64,000 bases of DNA, from the NCBI GenBank assembly GCA_963677595.1, contig OY782041.1:3968001-4032000 (forward strand), in the 5' to 3' direction. Both the position numbers and the translations under genes were made by a program. Source of the DNA: Spirochaetia bacterium (lineage in GTDB: Bacteria; Spirochaetota; Spirochaetia; CAKZLE01). Shown here piece after piece: positions 55,213-64,000 of this stretch. Each line of letters opens with the position of its first letter. Positions within the stretch are counted from its first letter, which is position 1. The notes under the pieces were generated by a model. The model ran no database searches. It saw only the letters and a list, made by a program, of their open reading frames with translations, and had not been told where the DNA came from.

Positions 55213-56950
55213 GGGACACCTCCCTTCCCTCGAGCAGCAGGCTCATGAAGGATTCCGTGCTCGGTATATTTCCCTGGCAGGTAACGCCCCCCTCACCCAG
55301 AGCCTTGAGGATCTGGAAGAGCAGCGTTGGCTGCAGGCTTGCTGACCCCAGGATCTCTGCTTTGTCGAAGAGTTCGGTGGGATTACCATCGAAGTGCTTG
55401 AGTCCTTCGCTCATGACCACTACCCGGTCTGCGTATTCCGAGACCAGGCGCATATCGTGGCTGATCATGACCACGGCGATACCCCTGTCCCGGATCCCCT
55501 GCAGCAGATTCATCAGGGTTCGTGTCATCTCCCTATCCTGACCGTAGGTCGGCTCGTCCACGATGAGCACTTTTGGGTTCCCGACCAGCATGGTCGCCAC
55601 ACCCAGACGGCGCTTGTTCCCGGCACTCAAGGTAAAGGGATGCCTCCCCGCTTCCCCTGAGAGCCCCAGCTGTTCGAGCATCTTCTCTCGCTCCCCTGCC
55701 ATGAGCTCCGGATCGTTCATCCCCTTGGACTGGAGGCTGTAGTCTATCTCATCAGCCACAGTGTCGGTGAGGAACTGGTGCTCCGGGTTCTGGAACACCA
55801 GGGAAATATGGTTCGCCAGGTCGGGGACCTTCCATCTGCGGGAATCCTTCCCGAAGAGTTCCAGGGATCCCTCACGGCAGGTGTTCAGGCCGATGAGCAG
55901 TTTCGCCAGGGTACTCTTGCCCGCACCGTTACGTCCTACGATGGCCAGCATCTCCCCGGGATGGACGGCGATATCCACTCCCTTCAGGGCGTAGAGCCCT
56001 GCCCCATAGGAGTAGCGGATCGCTTTCCCGTCTATGAGAGGAGCAGTATCTTTCTGTACGGCAGCTGCCTCATTCCCAGAGAACACCGTCCCATCGGGTA
56101 CGAGGTCCAGGCTGCGAAGCAGCTCCAGTGCTTCGTTCACCCGGATGGGGATCCTCTCCACGGGGAAGCCCTGTCGACGAAGTCCCAGGCCGATCTCCAC
56201 CGTCTCCGGCAGCCAGACGCCCCGCTGTTCAAGGTCGTCGCCATGCTCAGACAGGATCCCGTAGGGCTCCCCGCTGTAGAGCAGCTTCCCCTCATCCAGG
56301 ACAAGGAGCTGGTCTGCCTCTGAGAGGAACTCGTCCAGTTCCCTGGTGACGAGCAGGACCGTCATGCCCTGCTCGCGCAGGGAGAGGATCAGTTCATGCA
56401 CCTGGGAGGTGGAAGCCGGGTCGAGGTTGGCGGTGGGCTCATCGAGGATGATGAGCTTGGGTTCCATGGCCAGGACAGAGGCCAGTCCCAGTTTCTGGAT
56501 CTGCCCGCCCGAGAGGTTCCAGACCAGGTTGTGGCGATAGGTCCCGATACCCGTCAACTCCAGGAGACGTTCCACGTTCTCCCGGATCTTATCCCTGCCC
56601 TGCAGGAGGTTCTCCGGCCCGAACGCGATCTCGTCCTCCACGGTCAGGGTGGCGAACATGGTCTCCGGGTCCTGGAATACCGAACCAACGCTGCAGGAGA
56701 TGTCCTTCATCTCAAGCTCAGCTGTGGATTGTCCTTCCAGGAGGACATCACCTGTCAGCTCGCCTTTCAGCAGATGGGGTATCCTCCCATCCAGGATCCG
56801 GCAAAGCGTAGATTTCCCGCTCCCTCCCGGTCCGACCAGGATGGTGAAGGTCCCCTGCTCCAGGGAGAGGGATATATCCTCCAGTACCGGGTCGTCCTTC
56901 CGGCGGAAGCGATAGCTCAGGTTCTTACATTCAATGAGGGAACGGGACAT
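55205..56950 (-). CDS. ECF transporter fused double ATPase (YkoD-like)
   Basis: GPGGSGKST, FQDPE, LSGGQ, GRNGAGKST, FQNPEHQF and DEPTYGQD motifs. Confidence 0.92.
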   Translation of the reverse strand: MSRSLIECKNLSYRFRRKDDPVLEDISLSLEQGTFTILVGPGGSGKSTLCRILDGRIPHLLKGELTGDVLLEGQSTAELEMKDISCSVGSVFQDPETMFATLTVEDEIAFGPENLLQGRDKIRENVERLLELTGIGTYRHNLVWNLSGGQIQKLGLASVLAMEPKLIILDEPTANLDPASTSQVHELILSLREQGMTVLLVTRELDEFLSEADQLLVLDEGKLLYSGEPYGILSEHGDDLEQRGVWLPETVEIGLGLRRQGFPVERIPIRVNEALELLRSLDLVPDGTVFSGNEAAAVQKDTAPLIDGKAIRYSYGAGLYALKGVDIAVHPGEMLAIVGRNGAGKSTLAKLLIGLNTCREGSLELFGKDSRRWKVPDLANHISLVFQNPEHQFLTDTVADEIDYSLQSKGMNDPELMAGEREKMLEQLGLSGEAGRHPFTLSAGNKRRLGVATMLVGNPKVLIVDEPTYGQDREMTRTLMNLLQGIRDRGIAVVMISHDMRLVSEYADRVVVMSEGLKHFDGNPTELFDKAEILGSASLQPTLLFQILKALGEGGVTCQGNIPSTESFMSLLLEGREVSRG

Positions 56951-56958
56951 AGCTTACC

Positions 56959-57594
56959 CTATTCAGCAGACCGGACAAGCCCGGTCTTCGCAACTTTCGT
57001 TGCAAGGAAATACCCCAGGAGACCTGAGAAGATCGCACCTGAGATCATATTGATGGGTACTGCCATCCAGACGTCCTTTGAGTAAGCCGGGTCCCAGCCA
57101 TAGAAGACGGAACTCCACAGGGTCCCGAACTGGGAAGAGGCAATACCTGCCATGATCGCTGTCACGACGCCAAACCGGCTGTATGCACAGATGAGGATGA
57201 CCGCCTCGATCGCGAGGCCCTGGGAGATACCCCAGCCGAGGGTCCCGATGCCGGCTGCATTGCCGAGCAGGACTTCCGTGGCTGCTTCGATGACACCGAA
57301 GGCCAGTGCGACACCAGGCTTCCTGACAAGGAATACCGCCAGGATGTAGGCCCACATGAACATCCCCTGGATCAATGCCCCGCCAAGAGGCCCGAGTGAG
57401 GTGTTTGCCAGGTACCAGAGGTTCCCGATACCGGTGTTGATAACTCCGGCGATGGCTGCAAGGACAGCGACGACTACCAGGTTCCGCGTGGAGTAGCCTC
57501 CCTGTTCCCGGTCGATCACTTTCTTGTCGGTGAAGCGCGCGATCAGTCCCAGGATGACGACGACCGCTACATTGAATGCAGTGTAGATTCCCAT
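56959..57594 (-). CDS. ECF transporter S component (YkoE-like)
   Basis: LVRKPG.AL, E.LLG and QGLAIE motifs; multi-TM. Confidence 0.8.
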   Translation of the reverse strand: MGIYTAFNVAVVVILGLIARFTDKKVIDREQGGYSTRNLVVVAVLAAIAGVINTGIGNLWYLANTSLGPLGGALIQGMFMWAYILAVFLVRKPGVALAFGVIEAATEVLLGNAAGIGTLGWGISQGLAIEAVILICAYSRFGVVTAIMAGIASSQFGTLWSSVFYGWDPAYSKDVWMAVPINMISGAIFSGLLGYFLATKVAKTGLVRSAE

Positions 57595-57617
57595 ACTATT
57601 TCTCCCTTGTAATAGTT

Positions 57618-58988
57618 TTAAAGGGGCAGACCCAGCAGGGTCAGCTCCTTCTTTACTTCTTCATAGAGCACTTCCCACTCTGGGATGGGGGTAAGCGTCT
57701 CCTGTTCATAGGCATCCTCGAACGGAAGCCCGGGATTCCCCCCTTCCCGCTCGAAGACCTCTTCGTATTTCGGCAGGAGCTCTCCGATGATCCGGTCGGC
57801 CTCCTCCATTGTCATACCCGAGGCTGCAGCGGCATGTCCCACTTCTCCCATGAGGCGAACCTCCAGCCCCGTGCCGTGAGGCAGGCTGCCGTCTGCGGAA
57901 CCGACCCCTTCCAGATGGCCCCCGCTCACCGTGATGGCCAGGGCATTGGCAGCTACTTCGTAGAGGAGTTCCTTCGTCACAGCACCGCTCTTGGGGTAGA
58001 TATCGCAGACGATGTTCGCAGGGGCGTTACGTGCCATGGCCTGGCAGACCAGGCTCTGGAGCCACATGCACCCCCGTGCGGAGGTGGCGACATACCTGAT
58101 ATGGATGGGGTGGCACAGATGGTAATCAGCCAGGCAGACCACGTTGGCAGCCAGGAAGGAGGCGACCTGCACCAGGGCGGCCCCAGGGGCGTCACCGGCA
58201 AGGCCTCCTACCATGACCGTTGCCAGTGAAGCATTAGCCATACCGTAGTAGAGGGAATTTGCCGCCCGTACCAGGTTGCCGTTGTCTATCATGAGTTCAT
58301 TGAAGAGGGCGACGAGGTGTGCATCACAGGGGCGAAGCAACTCTGGATGGGTCGCTGCCAGATCCCCGATCTCAGTGACGCTGCTCTCCGCGGCGAGCAT
58401 GCCCATACCGGGCCTGCCCACCTCTTCACGGACTTCCCTCAGGTAGGTCAGTTCCCTACGGGATGCGATAACTTCCGTCACGGAGGCTGACTCAACCATC
58501 ATCCCGTCCACGTCGATGAGGGAACCGCAGGTGATCAGGTCCACGACCGGTTCCTTGGCCCAGCTCTTCACCGTGTTCTTGAATATCTTCTCAGGAGTGG
58601 GGACCCCGGGGTTCCCGGCCCAGACCGCAGGGGGACGGCTGTCCACTACTGTTCGGGGCACCAGCTCGAACCGGTCGGCCCCTTCCCCAAGGACGATAGC
58701 CCGGTTCATCCGTTCGATCCCCCGGTCGACCTCTTCCTCGGTCAGTCTCAGGACCTTCCCGGTGGAGAGGTTATAGATGCCGATGTCAAGGATCAGCTCC
58801 TTCCCGGCGGTGAAGATCCGGTCCGCCAGGTCCCCGTCATCGGGACAGATTCGGTTCTGATCCCAACGCAACTCATATTTCTCAACCAGGGCACGGACCT
58901 TGTCTATGATGAGGAAGTCCCAGTCTTCCTTCGAGAGACTCTGCCCGTTACCCATCCTGTCCATCAGGGCCAGGAACTGCTTTTCCAT
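57618..58988 (-). CDS. Monomethylamine:corrinoid methyltransferase (MtmB) homolog without pyrrolysine
   Basis: 456 aa; EDWD, DLADRIF.AG, GRPGMG, NELMID, VGGLAG and GTGLEVRLMGEV motifs; C-terminal TP..EW..LY. AGGAG SD. Confidence 0.82.
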   Translation of the reverse strand: MEKQFLALMDRMGNGQSLSKEDWDFLIIDKVRALVEKYELRWDQNRICPDDGDLADRIFTAGKELILDIGIYNLSTGKVLRLTEEEVDRGIERMNRAIVLGEGADRFELVPRTVVDSRPPAVWAGNPGVPTPEKIFKNTVKSWAKEPVVDLITCGSLIDVDGMMVESASVTEVIASRRELTYLREVREEVGRPGMGMLAAESSVTEIGDLAATHPELLRPCDAHLVALFNELMIDNGNLVRAANSLYYGMANASLATVMVGGLAGDAPGAALVQVASFLAANVVCLADYHLCHPIHIRYVATSARGCMWLQSLVCQAMARNAPANIVCDIYPKSGAVTKELLYEVAANALAITVSGGHLEGVGSADGSLPHGTGLEVRLMGEVGHAAAASGMTMEEADRIIGELLPKYEEVFEREGGNPGLPFEDAYEQETLTPIPEWEVLYEEVKKELTLLGLPL

Positions 58989-59365
58989 AGCGATACTCCT
59001 CGACTCGCCGCCGGGGAAGAGTGGTATCATGTTGTTTAGGGGGTATTCCATGCAACAGTGATCCACAACCTGCCAGGCGTGTCTCATACTATTTCAGCAG
59101 TGCGACCCCGGTACCGTGTAGTACGATCAGGCTTCCCGTCCTCAATGTCTGCACATGGAATTTTCATAGGAAGATGACTATCTTGTCATCCTTGGATTAT
59201 TTTATGCAGAGAATCGGAAAAAACGCAAGGGACAGATTGGAGTCTGCCATGCATTTTACCTCTCCATTCGCACTATTCCCGGTGCTGGTCATGCGTTTGT
59301 ACGTATCACACCTCTTGAGTCGCCCCATGCTCTATGCTACATTCACAATCAGTATGGCAGATGGT

Positions 59366-59860
59366 ATGAGACTTGAATACAGGAAGGCAGCACAAGAAGA
59401 CCTCCCCTTCATGAAGCGGATGCTCTACGAAGCGGTATACTGGAGGACCCCGGATACCCGGCCCTCCTTCGAGGAGGCTATGGGCATCCCCGGGATCGCG
59501 AAATCTCTGGCTGGCTGGGGAGAACGACCCGGTGATACCGGCGTCATAGCCTGGGCAGACGGCACACCGGCAGGTGCGGCCTATGTTCGGTTTTGGCATG
59601 ATGAGCTATACGACCGGGGCTACATCAATGAGGATATTCCCGTCCTGGTGATCGCTGTCGCCGCTGGGTTTCGCCGGAGGGGTATCGCTTCTGCCATGAT
59701 CACGCAGCTCGCAGCCTTTGCAGCCCAACAGGGGATACCGCAGATAAGCCTCATGGTCGCCAAGGACAATGTTGCCCTGGCCCTGTACAGGAAAGAGCAG
59801 TTCACCATGTATGAAGACCGGGACACGGACCTCATCATGATCCGGGACAGCTCACGATAA
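59366..59860 (+). CDS. GNAT-family N-acetyltransferase
   Basis: MLYEAVY, IAVAAGFRRRGIA and N.ALALYRK motifs. Exact start uncertain (59354 or 59366). Confidence 0.85.
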   Translation: MRLEYRKAAQEDLPFMKRMLYEAVYWRTPDTRPSFEEAMGIPGIAKSLAGWGERPGDTGVIAWADGTPAGAAYVRFWHDELYDRGYINEDIPVLVIAVAAGFRRRGIASAMITQLAAFAAQQGIPQISLMVAKDNVALALYRKEQFTMYEDRDTDLIMIRDSSR

Positions 59861-59894
59861 CGGTATTATTCACACGAGGTAAGGAAGGGAACCA

Positions 59895-60782
59895 TTGGTA
59901 CTACAGATATTCATCATCATCCTGCCGCTGCTGGTCGTGGTCGCGGCAGGCTACGGGATCTCCACCATCCATAAGATCGACCCCGATTCGATGACTCGGG
60001 CACTCACTGACCTGTTCCTGCCCGCGATGGCCTTCGAATCCCTCTATACCTCAGAGATCGTCTTCACCGATACAGCCAGGCTCTTCGGTGCGGTCATCCT
60101 CGCGCTGTTGCTGCTTGCCCTGATAGCCTATATCTATGCACGGGTCAGCAGGACCTCCTTCTACGAGATGGCCCCCTCAGTCTGCTTCATGAACACCGGT
60201 TTCCTCGGGATCCCCCTCATGGCCCTGTGGGGTGGAGCATATGCGGTGAATGTGGAAGTGCTCATCGACCAGGTCCAGAATATTTTCATCTTCAGCGTCG
60301 GCTTGATGATGGTTACCGGCGGTTTCAATCGCAGGAGCTTCCACGAGATGCTGAAGGCCCCCATCCTCTGGGCGATCATCGCGGGGTTCCTCTGCAATGC
60401 GTCAGGGATCCAGCTGCCCCCTGTGATCATAGAGACAGCCCAGTTCACCGGTTCCGGGGTGATGCCCCTCGCAGCCTTCCTCGTGGGCGCCTCGATAGCG
60501 GGCAAGCCGATGGTATTCAACCGGCACCTGATTGCGGGTTTGAGTCTCAGGTTCCTCGGAGGGTTCGCTGCAGGTGTGATCGGGGCTGTCGTACTTGGGC
60601 TCCAGGGGGACATGAGGACGGTCTTCATCATGGCCATGAGCCTGCCTTCGGCAGTCTTCACCTACGTCCTGCCCCTGCGGTACGGCAGGGATGCAGAACT
60701 TGCCGGCAGTATCCTGATCGTGTCGACGATCCTCGGGATTCTCACCATCCCTGCCACGATCTACCTGACAGGGCTGCTGTGA
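59895..60782 (+). CDS. AEC (auxin efflux carrier)-family transporter
   Basis: NTGFLGIPL, PILWAII and LPSAV motifs; TTG start. Confidence 0.88.
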   Translation: MVLQIFIIILPLLVVVAAGYGISTIHKIDPDSMTRALTDLFLPAMAFESLYTSEIVFTDTARLFGAVILALLLLALIAYIYARVSRTSFYEMAPSVCFMNTGFLGIPLMALWGGAYAVNVEVLIDQVQNIFIFSVGLMMVTGGFNRRSFHEMLKAPILWAIIAGFLCNASGIQLPPVIIETAQFTGSGVMPLAAFLVGASIAGKPMVFNRHLIAGLSLRFLGGFAAGVIGAVVLGLQGDMRTVFIMAMSLPSAVFTYVLPLRYGRDAELAGSILIVSTILGILTIPATIYLTGLL

Positions 60783-60824
60783 ACAAACGAGCCTGCAAGA
60801 ACAGCAGTCCTAACAGATGATCGT

Positions 60825-63281
60825 TTACCGGTAATCAGGCAGGATATACCCATGCTTCTTGAGCAGGTTCCTGACCGTTGAATACCGGCTCGTCGCGATG
60901 AAGACCCGGTCTCCCTCTGCGATCCTCACATGCTCCCCGAGCTTCCCGTCTTCTGCTATGACCTGACGCACCTTCTCATCAACGATCAGCGAGATATAGG
61001 GCTGGTACTCGATCTCGAGGACCTGGTTCTTATCGAGGATCTCGGCGAAGAAGGACTGCCAGATCGGGGGAAGCCCCTGCGCCCCGAAGAGCCCGATGAA
61101 GCTGTTCACCTTGTCGTTAAGCTCCTCGGGGGTACTGCAGTCCTTGGTGAAACTCTTCGCATCGATGACATAGAAGATCTCCCCGACTCTCTTCCCTACC
61201 TTCTCCAGGAAGATCTTCCTGATGGGGTCCTCTCCCTTGAGGGTGACCAGGAGCATATGCTCATCGAGCAGGCTGAGTGTGTCATCCTCCTGGACCTCCT
61301 CCTCATACTCATCACTCAGCCCCAGGACCTTGAGCCCGAGACTTGTGAGCCTGAAGCCGGAGATACCGTCAAAACCAGTCAGGTAGTACTTGTTCTTGAG
61401 ATGGTACTCGTTCTCAGTGAACGTAAAGCAGAGATCGAGGATCCCGATGGTATTGAGCAGGAAGAGCACCATCTCCACAAACGGTTTCTGGACTACCTGC
61501 CGATAGTTCGACGTCGTCACGACGAGCTTTCCCCGGTGGTAGGAATCGCTCGAGGGGCCCTCTCCCGAGCAGAAGAGCTCCCGCCATAAGAGGGGACCAT
61601 AATAGGGGGTCCCCAGGAGGTCTACCGATACCAGGTGGGAGATCATCTCTTCGACGCTGTACCACCGTCCCTCCTTCATCCGGGAGATGAGGATGGCGAT
61701 CCCGCATGCCGGATTCAGGAATCCATGGTAATCGAAGTCTCGTTCCGGGATCATATTGAGGTGCGGAAGCAGTGACTCGATCTCAGCCGCCTCGGGGATA
61801 TAGGGGGAACATATCTTGCGGTAGAGTTCCTCTATAAGCTCAAGTCCCTGGGAAGCTTCCGGGTGGATGAGCTCGAGCATCTTGAGTACCAGTTCTGTCC
61901 GCAGGTGATCAAGTTTGCTGTCCGACCCGAAAGGTTCCGGGATCGACCCGACCTGCCGGAACTCCTTAAGGGTGGACTTGAGGACATTCTTCCCGCTCTT
62001 CGAGTATTTCACCCCAACCGACTGGTGATACCCCACCAGCAGGCTGTGGACCTGCATATAGGATTCGAAGCCTTCGACCACGATATCGGAGGCCGGTTGG
62101 TCTGAGCTGCTCAAGGGGCGCAGCGTATCATCGGCAAAACTCCTCCTGAGTATCGGGACGAGACTTGAAGGATAGGAGCAGGTCTCATTATCAGTGGTAT
62201 CCCAATAATAGGAGCTATAGTAGACCAGGAGGGGGAAATGTTTCTTCATGAACAATTGCCTCTGGTATGTGTCCTTCGGCATCCTGGCGTTCTTGACGGA
62301 GAGATCCCTCACAAACCCATGGCCGCTCCCGATGAGGAGTTCAGGCAGCATCTTCTGCAATGCTGGGGGCAGTTTCGGTACTGCAGCCTTGAAGAGTGCC
62401 GGGATGGTGAATACATAGCCGAGGACCTGGCAGAGATCATTCTTCGCCGTCATGGACCCTCCACGCAGCAAGGGGGTGAGATACCGATTCACCTCACCCT
62501 TGATCGGGTTCGCATAGCGCATATAGATCCTCTTGATATCCTCAGACCTATACTGGCTATCAAGCTTCCGTGCCAGCATCTGAGCCTGGATATCAAAGAA
62601 GAGTTCGAGGTCACTCCTGTCCTCTCCCATATGTGTCAGTGCATGATCGACCCAGTCGATCAGCTCAAAGGGGGTGTAGCGGGAGATCAGGACCCCGTCT
62701 ATGTCACGTGCGAAGGTCGAGACATAGTCAGCCCCGACATGCTCCCTCACGGCCTCCACGACGAGCCGGGTCTCCGGCGATTGGGGGGCACAGCTCAAGA
62801 GGACAAGCAGGGCATACCGGGAGAACTGGATAGGGTCATATCTCGTCATATCTGCAGCTATCTCCCCTATCATGGAGATCAGGACCGCTGCTGCCTCTTT
62901 CCGGAATTGCAGGAGGAGTTTCATACTGAGATAGATGAGCTGCCTCTTCAGCGGGTGGGAAAGCCGCTCTGCGAGCTGCCGGCCTATGGTTCCCAGCACG
63001 GGAACCAACTCATCCGGCGGGATCCTTTCGATAAGCTGCTGGTTCAGGAGCATCCCGTACCGCAGTTCGACTGGTTGGGATGCCGTGAAACGGCTTGCTA
63101 ACTTATTGCCGGAGATCTCCTCCCTGAGGATCTGGGTCCCCTCGCTTCCCAGCATGCGGTTGAGGCATCGGATGCAGATATGCTTACCATTCTGGGACAG
63201 CAGGACCCGGTAGGATCCCTGACCGCAGTACGAGCAGGTCGCAGGGTGTGTAGTTTTCTTCCATTCCCGTATCGTGATCAT
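60825..63281 (-). CDS. Large hypothetical protein with N-terminal Cys4 zinc-finger-like motif and C-terminal helicase-associated-like region
   Basis: CSYC..CIRC near the N-terminus; 4-bp overlap with the SNF2 gene; 818-aa uninterrupted ORF. Confidence 0.7.
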   Translation of the reverse strand: MITIREWKKTTHPATCSYCGQGSYRVLLSQNGKHICIRCLNRMLGSEGTQILREEISGNKLASRFTASQPVELRYGMLLNQQLIERIPPDELVPVLGTIGRQLAERLSHPLKRQLIYLSMKLLLQFRKEAAAVLISMIGEIAADMTRYDPIQFSRYALLVLLSCAPQSPETRLVVEAVREHVGADYVSTFARDIDGVLISRYTPFELIDWVDHALTHMGEDRSDLELFFDIQAQMLARKLDSQYRSEDIKRIYMRYANPIKGEVNRYLTPLLRGGSMTAKNDLCQVLGYVFTIPALFKAAVPKLPPALQKMLPELLIGSGHGFVRDLSVKNARMPKDTYQRQLFMKKHFPLLVYYSSYYWDTTDNETCSYPSSLVPILRRSFADDTLRPLSSSDQPASDIVVEGFESYMQVHSLLVGYHQSVGVKYSKSGKNVLKSTLKEFRQVGSIPEPFGSDSKLDHLRTELVLKMLELIHPEASQGLELIEELYRKICSPYIPEAAEIESLLPHLNMIPERDFDYHGFLNPACGIAILISRMKEGRWYSVEEMISHLVSVDLLGTPYYGPLLWRELFCSGEGPSSDSYHRGKLVVTTSNYRQVVQKPFVEMVLFLLNTIGILDLCFTFTENEYHLKNKYYLTGFDGISGFRLTSLGLKVLGLSDEYEEEVQEDDTLSLLDEHMLLVTLKGEDPIRKIFLEKVGKRVGEIFYVIDAKSFTKDCSTPEELNDKVNSFIGLFGAQGLPPIWQSFFAEILDKNQVLEIEYQPYISLIVDEKVRQVIAEDGKLGEHVRIAEGDRVFIATSRYSTVRNLLKKHGYILPDYR

Positions 63282-64000
63282 TGGGCACCTCCAGAGAGGA
63301 TGAATTCCACATCCGCGGCATCAAGCTGCTTCAGGGCTGCCCCATCACTCTTGATGAGGGCATCGATGAGTTCCTTCTTCTCCTGCTGCAGCTGGAGGAT
63401 CTTCTCCTCGATCGTATCCTTGACGATCAGTTTGTAGCTGAAGACCGGTTTGTCCTGCCCGATCCGGTGGGTACGGTCAACTGCCTGCTGCTCTGCTGCG
63501 GTGTTCCACCAGGGATCGTAGATGAAGACATAATCGGCTTTCGTGAGGGTAAGCCCCACCCCTCCGGTCTTCAGGGTGAGGATCAGTACCTGGTAGGCAT
63601 CCTGCTGCTGGAACCCGTCTATGATACCCTGGCGGTCATGGGTGGACCCGGTGATCGTCCCGAAGGTGATCGCCTGCTCCTCGAGGGCTTCCTCGATGAG
63701 GGCGACCGCATTCAGGTACTGGGCGAACACCAGCACCTTATGCCCGTTCCCCACGGCCTCTGTCAGGGATTCCATGAGCAGTTCTATCTTCGGGCTGGCG
63801 ACCATCTTCTCAGAATAATCCTCCGGTATCGATGCGATCTGCCTGAGTTCGGAGAACGCCTGGAGGATCGACATCCGGGAGGGGGCGAGCCCCTCCTCAA
63901 CGATCTGGTTCGTGATTGCCTTCTGGAAGAACTTCCTTCGTTCCTCATAGATCCGGGCGTGTTCCGGGCTCATGGGGACATAGAGTACCTGTTCGTTCTT
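63278..64000 (-). CDS. SNF2-family helicase C-terminal part (partial)
   Basis: LRQIA, SPKI, HKVLVFAQY, LKTGGVGLTLT, DPWWN, QAVDRTHRIGQ and TIEEKI motifs. Confidence 0.93.
   Translation of the reverse strand, partial: KNEQVLYVPMSPEHARIYEERRKFFQKAITNQIVEEGLAPSRMSILQAFSELRQIASIPEDYSEKMVASPKIELLMESLTEAVGNGHKVLVFAQYLNAVALIEEALEEQAITFGTITGSTHDRQGIIDGFQQQDAYQVLILTLKTGGVGLTLTKADYVFIYDPWWNTAAEQQAVDRTHRIGQDKPVFSYKLIVKDTIEEKILQLQQEKKELIDALIKSDGAALKQLDAADVEFILSGGAQ

Noticed and set aside
57618-58988. Pyrrolysine recoding
   Set aside because: The ORF is open and the equivalent codon is CTC (Leu); no pyl genes are in the window.
58990-59160. TPP, cobalamin or ZTP riboswitch ahead of the MtmB-ECF operon
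   Set aside because: Only scattered partial words (ggggtc, ctgaaa, cctgatc, cgcctgg) that are incomplete or in the wrong order. A cmscan would settle it.
59021-59365. Upstream ORF-track extensions (also 3297-3392, 30568-30789, 32024-32248, 58989-59087)
   Set aside because: They overlap neighbouring genes, promoters or the riboswitch; downstream starts have better SD or homology support.
1-64000. Many long antisense or alternative-frame ORFs (e.g. 786..1754+, 5765..6925+, 18120..19157+, 50861..51931+)
   Set aside because: These are shadows of well-supported genes, expected from high-GC codon bias, and carry no recognisable motifs.

Overview
GC-rich chromosomal segment of an anaerobic bacterium, probably a free-living spirochaete (Sphaerochaeta/Spirochaetales-like). 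That assignment is inferred from the signal-peptide style (FAAGQQE, SAQGQVE, LFAGGK) and a Leptospira ChpI-like gene. Contents in order: (1) an anaerobic purine-degradation cluster (xdh FAD/FeS/Mo subunits, ygeY, ssnA, ygfK) divergent from two PLP fold-II enzymes; (2) several singletons; (3) a GntR-controlled divergon with a class-III aminotransferase, a SauS-like acylating aldehyde dehydrogenase, an altered SucCD-like CoA ligase and a DASS transporter, which looks like an ATP-yielding taurine/aminosulfonate pathway; (4) a DUF5058-type membrane pair and two paralogous amidohydrolases; (5) a membrane GGDEF protein and an HD protein; (6) a Moco-family riboswitch lacking P3 (Tuco type) ahead of an Ig-like protein, a type II ABC importer and a TiaS-catalytic-domain-like enzyme, converging on a degenerate MoaE; (7) an APC-USP permease; (8) an AT-richer islet with three AAA/DUF4143 ATPases, an orphan ChpI antitoxin with a toxin relic, and a 23-bp tandem repeat; (9) a patatin; (10) a sugar-sensing three-component system and a YtfQRT/YjfF-like ABC transporter; (11) mntP; (12) a pyrrolysine-free MtmB homolog in an operon with an ECF transporter; (13) GNAT and AEC genes; (14) a SNF2 helicase end with an 818-aa partner. 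No rRNA, tRNA, CRISPR array or transposase was seen. All family calls come from motif recognition, not database searches.
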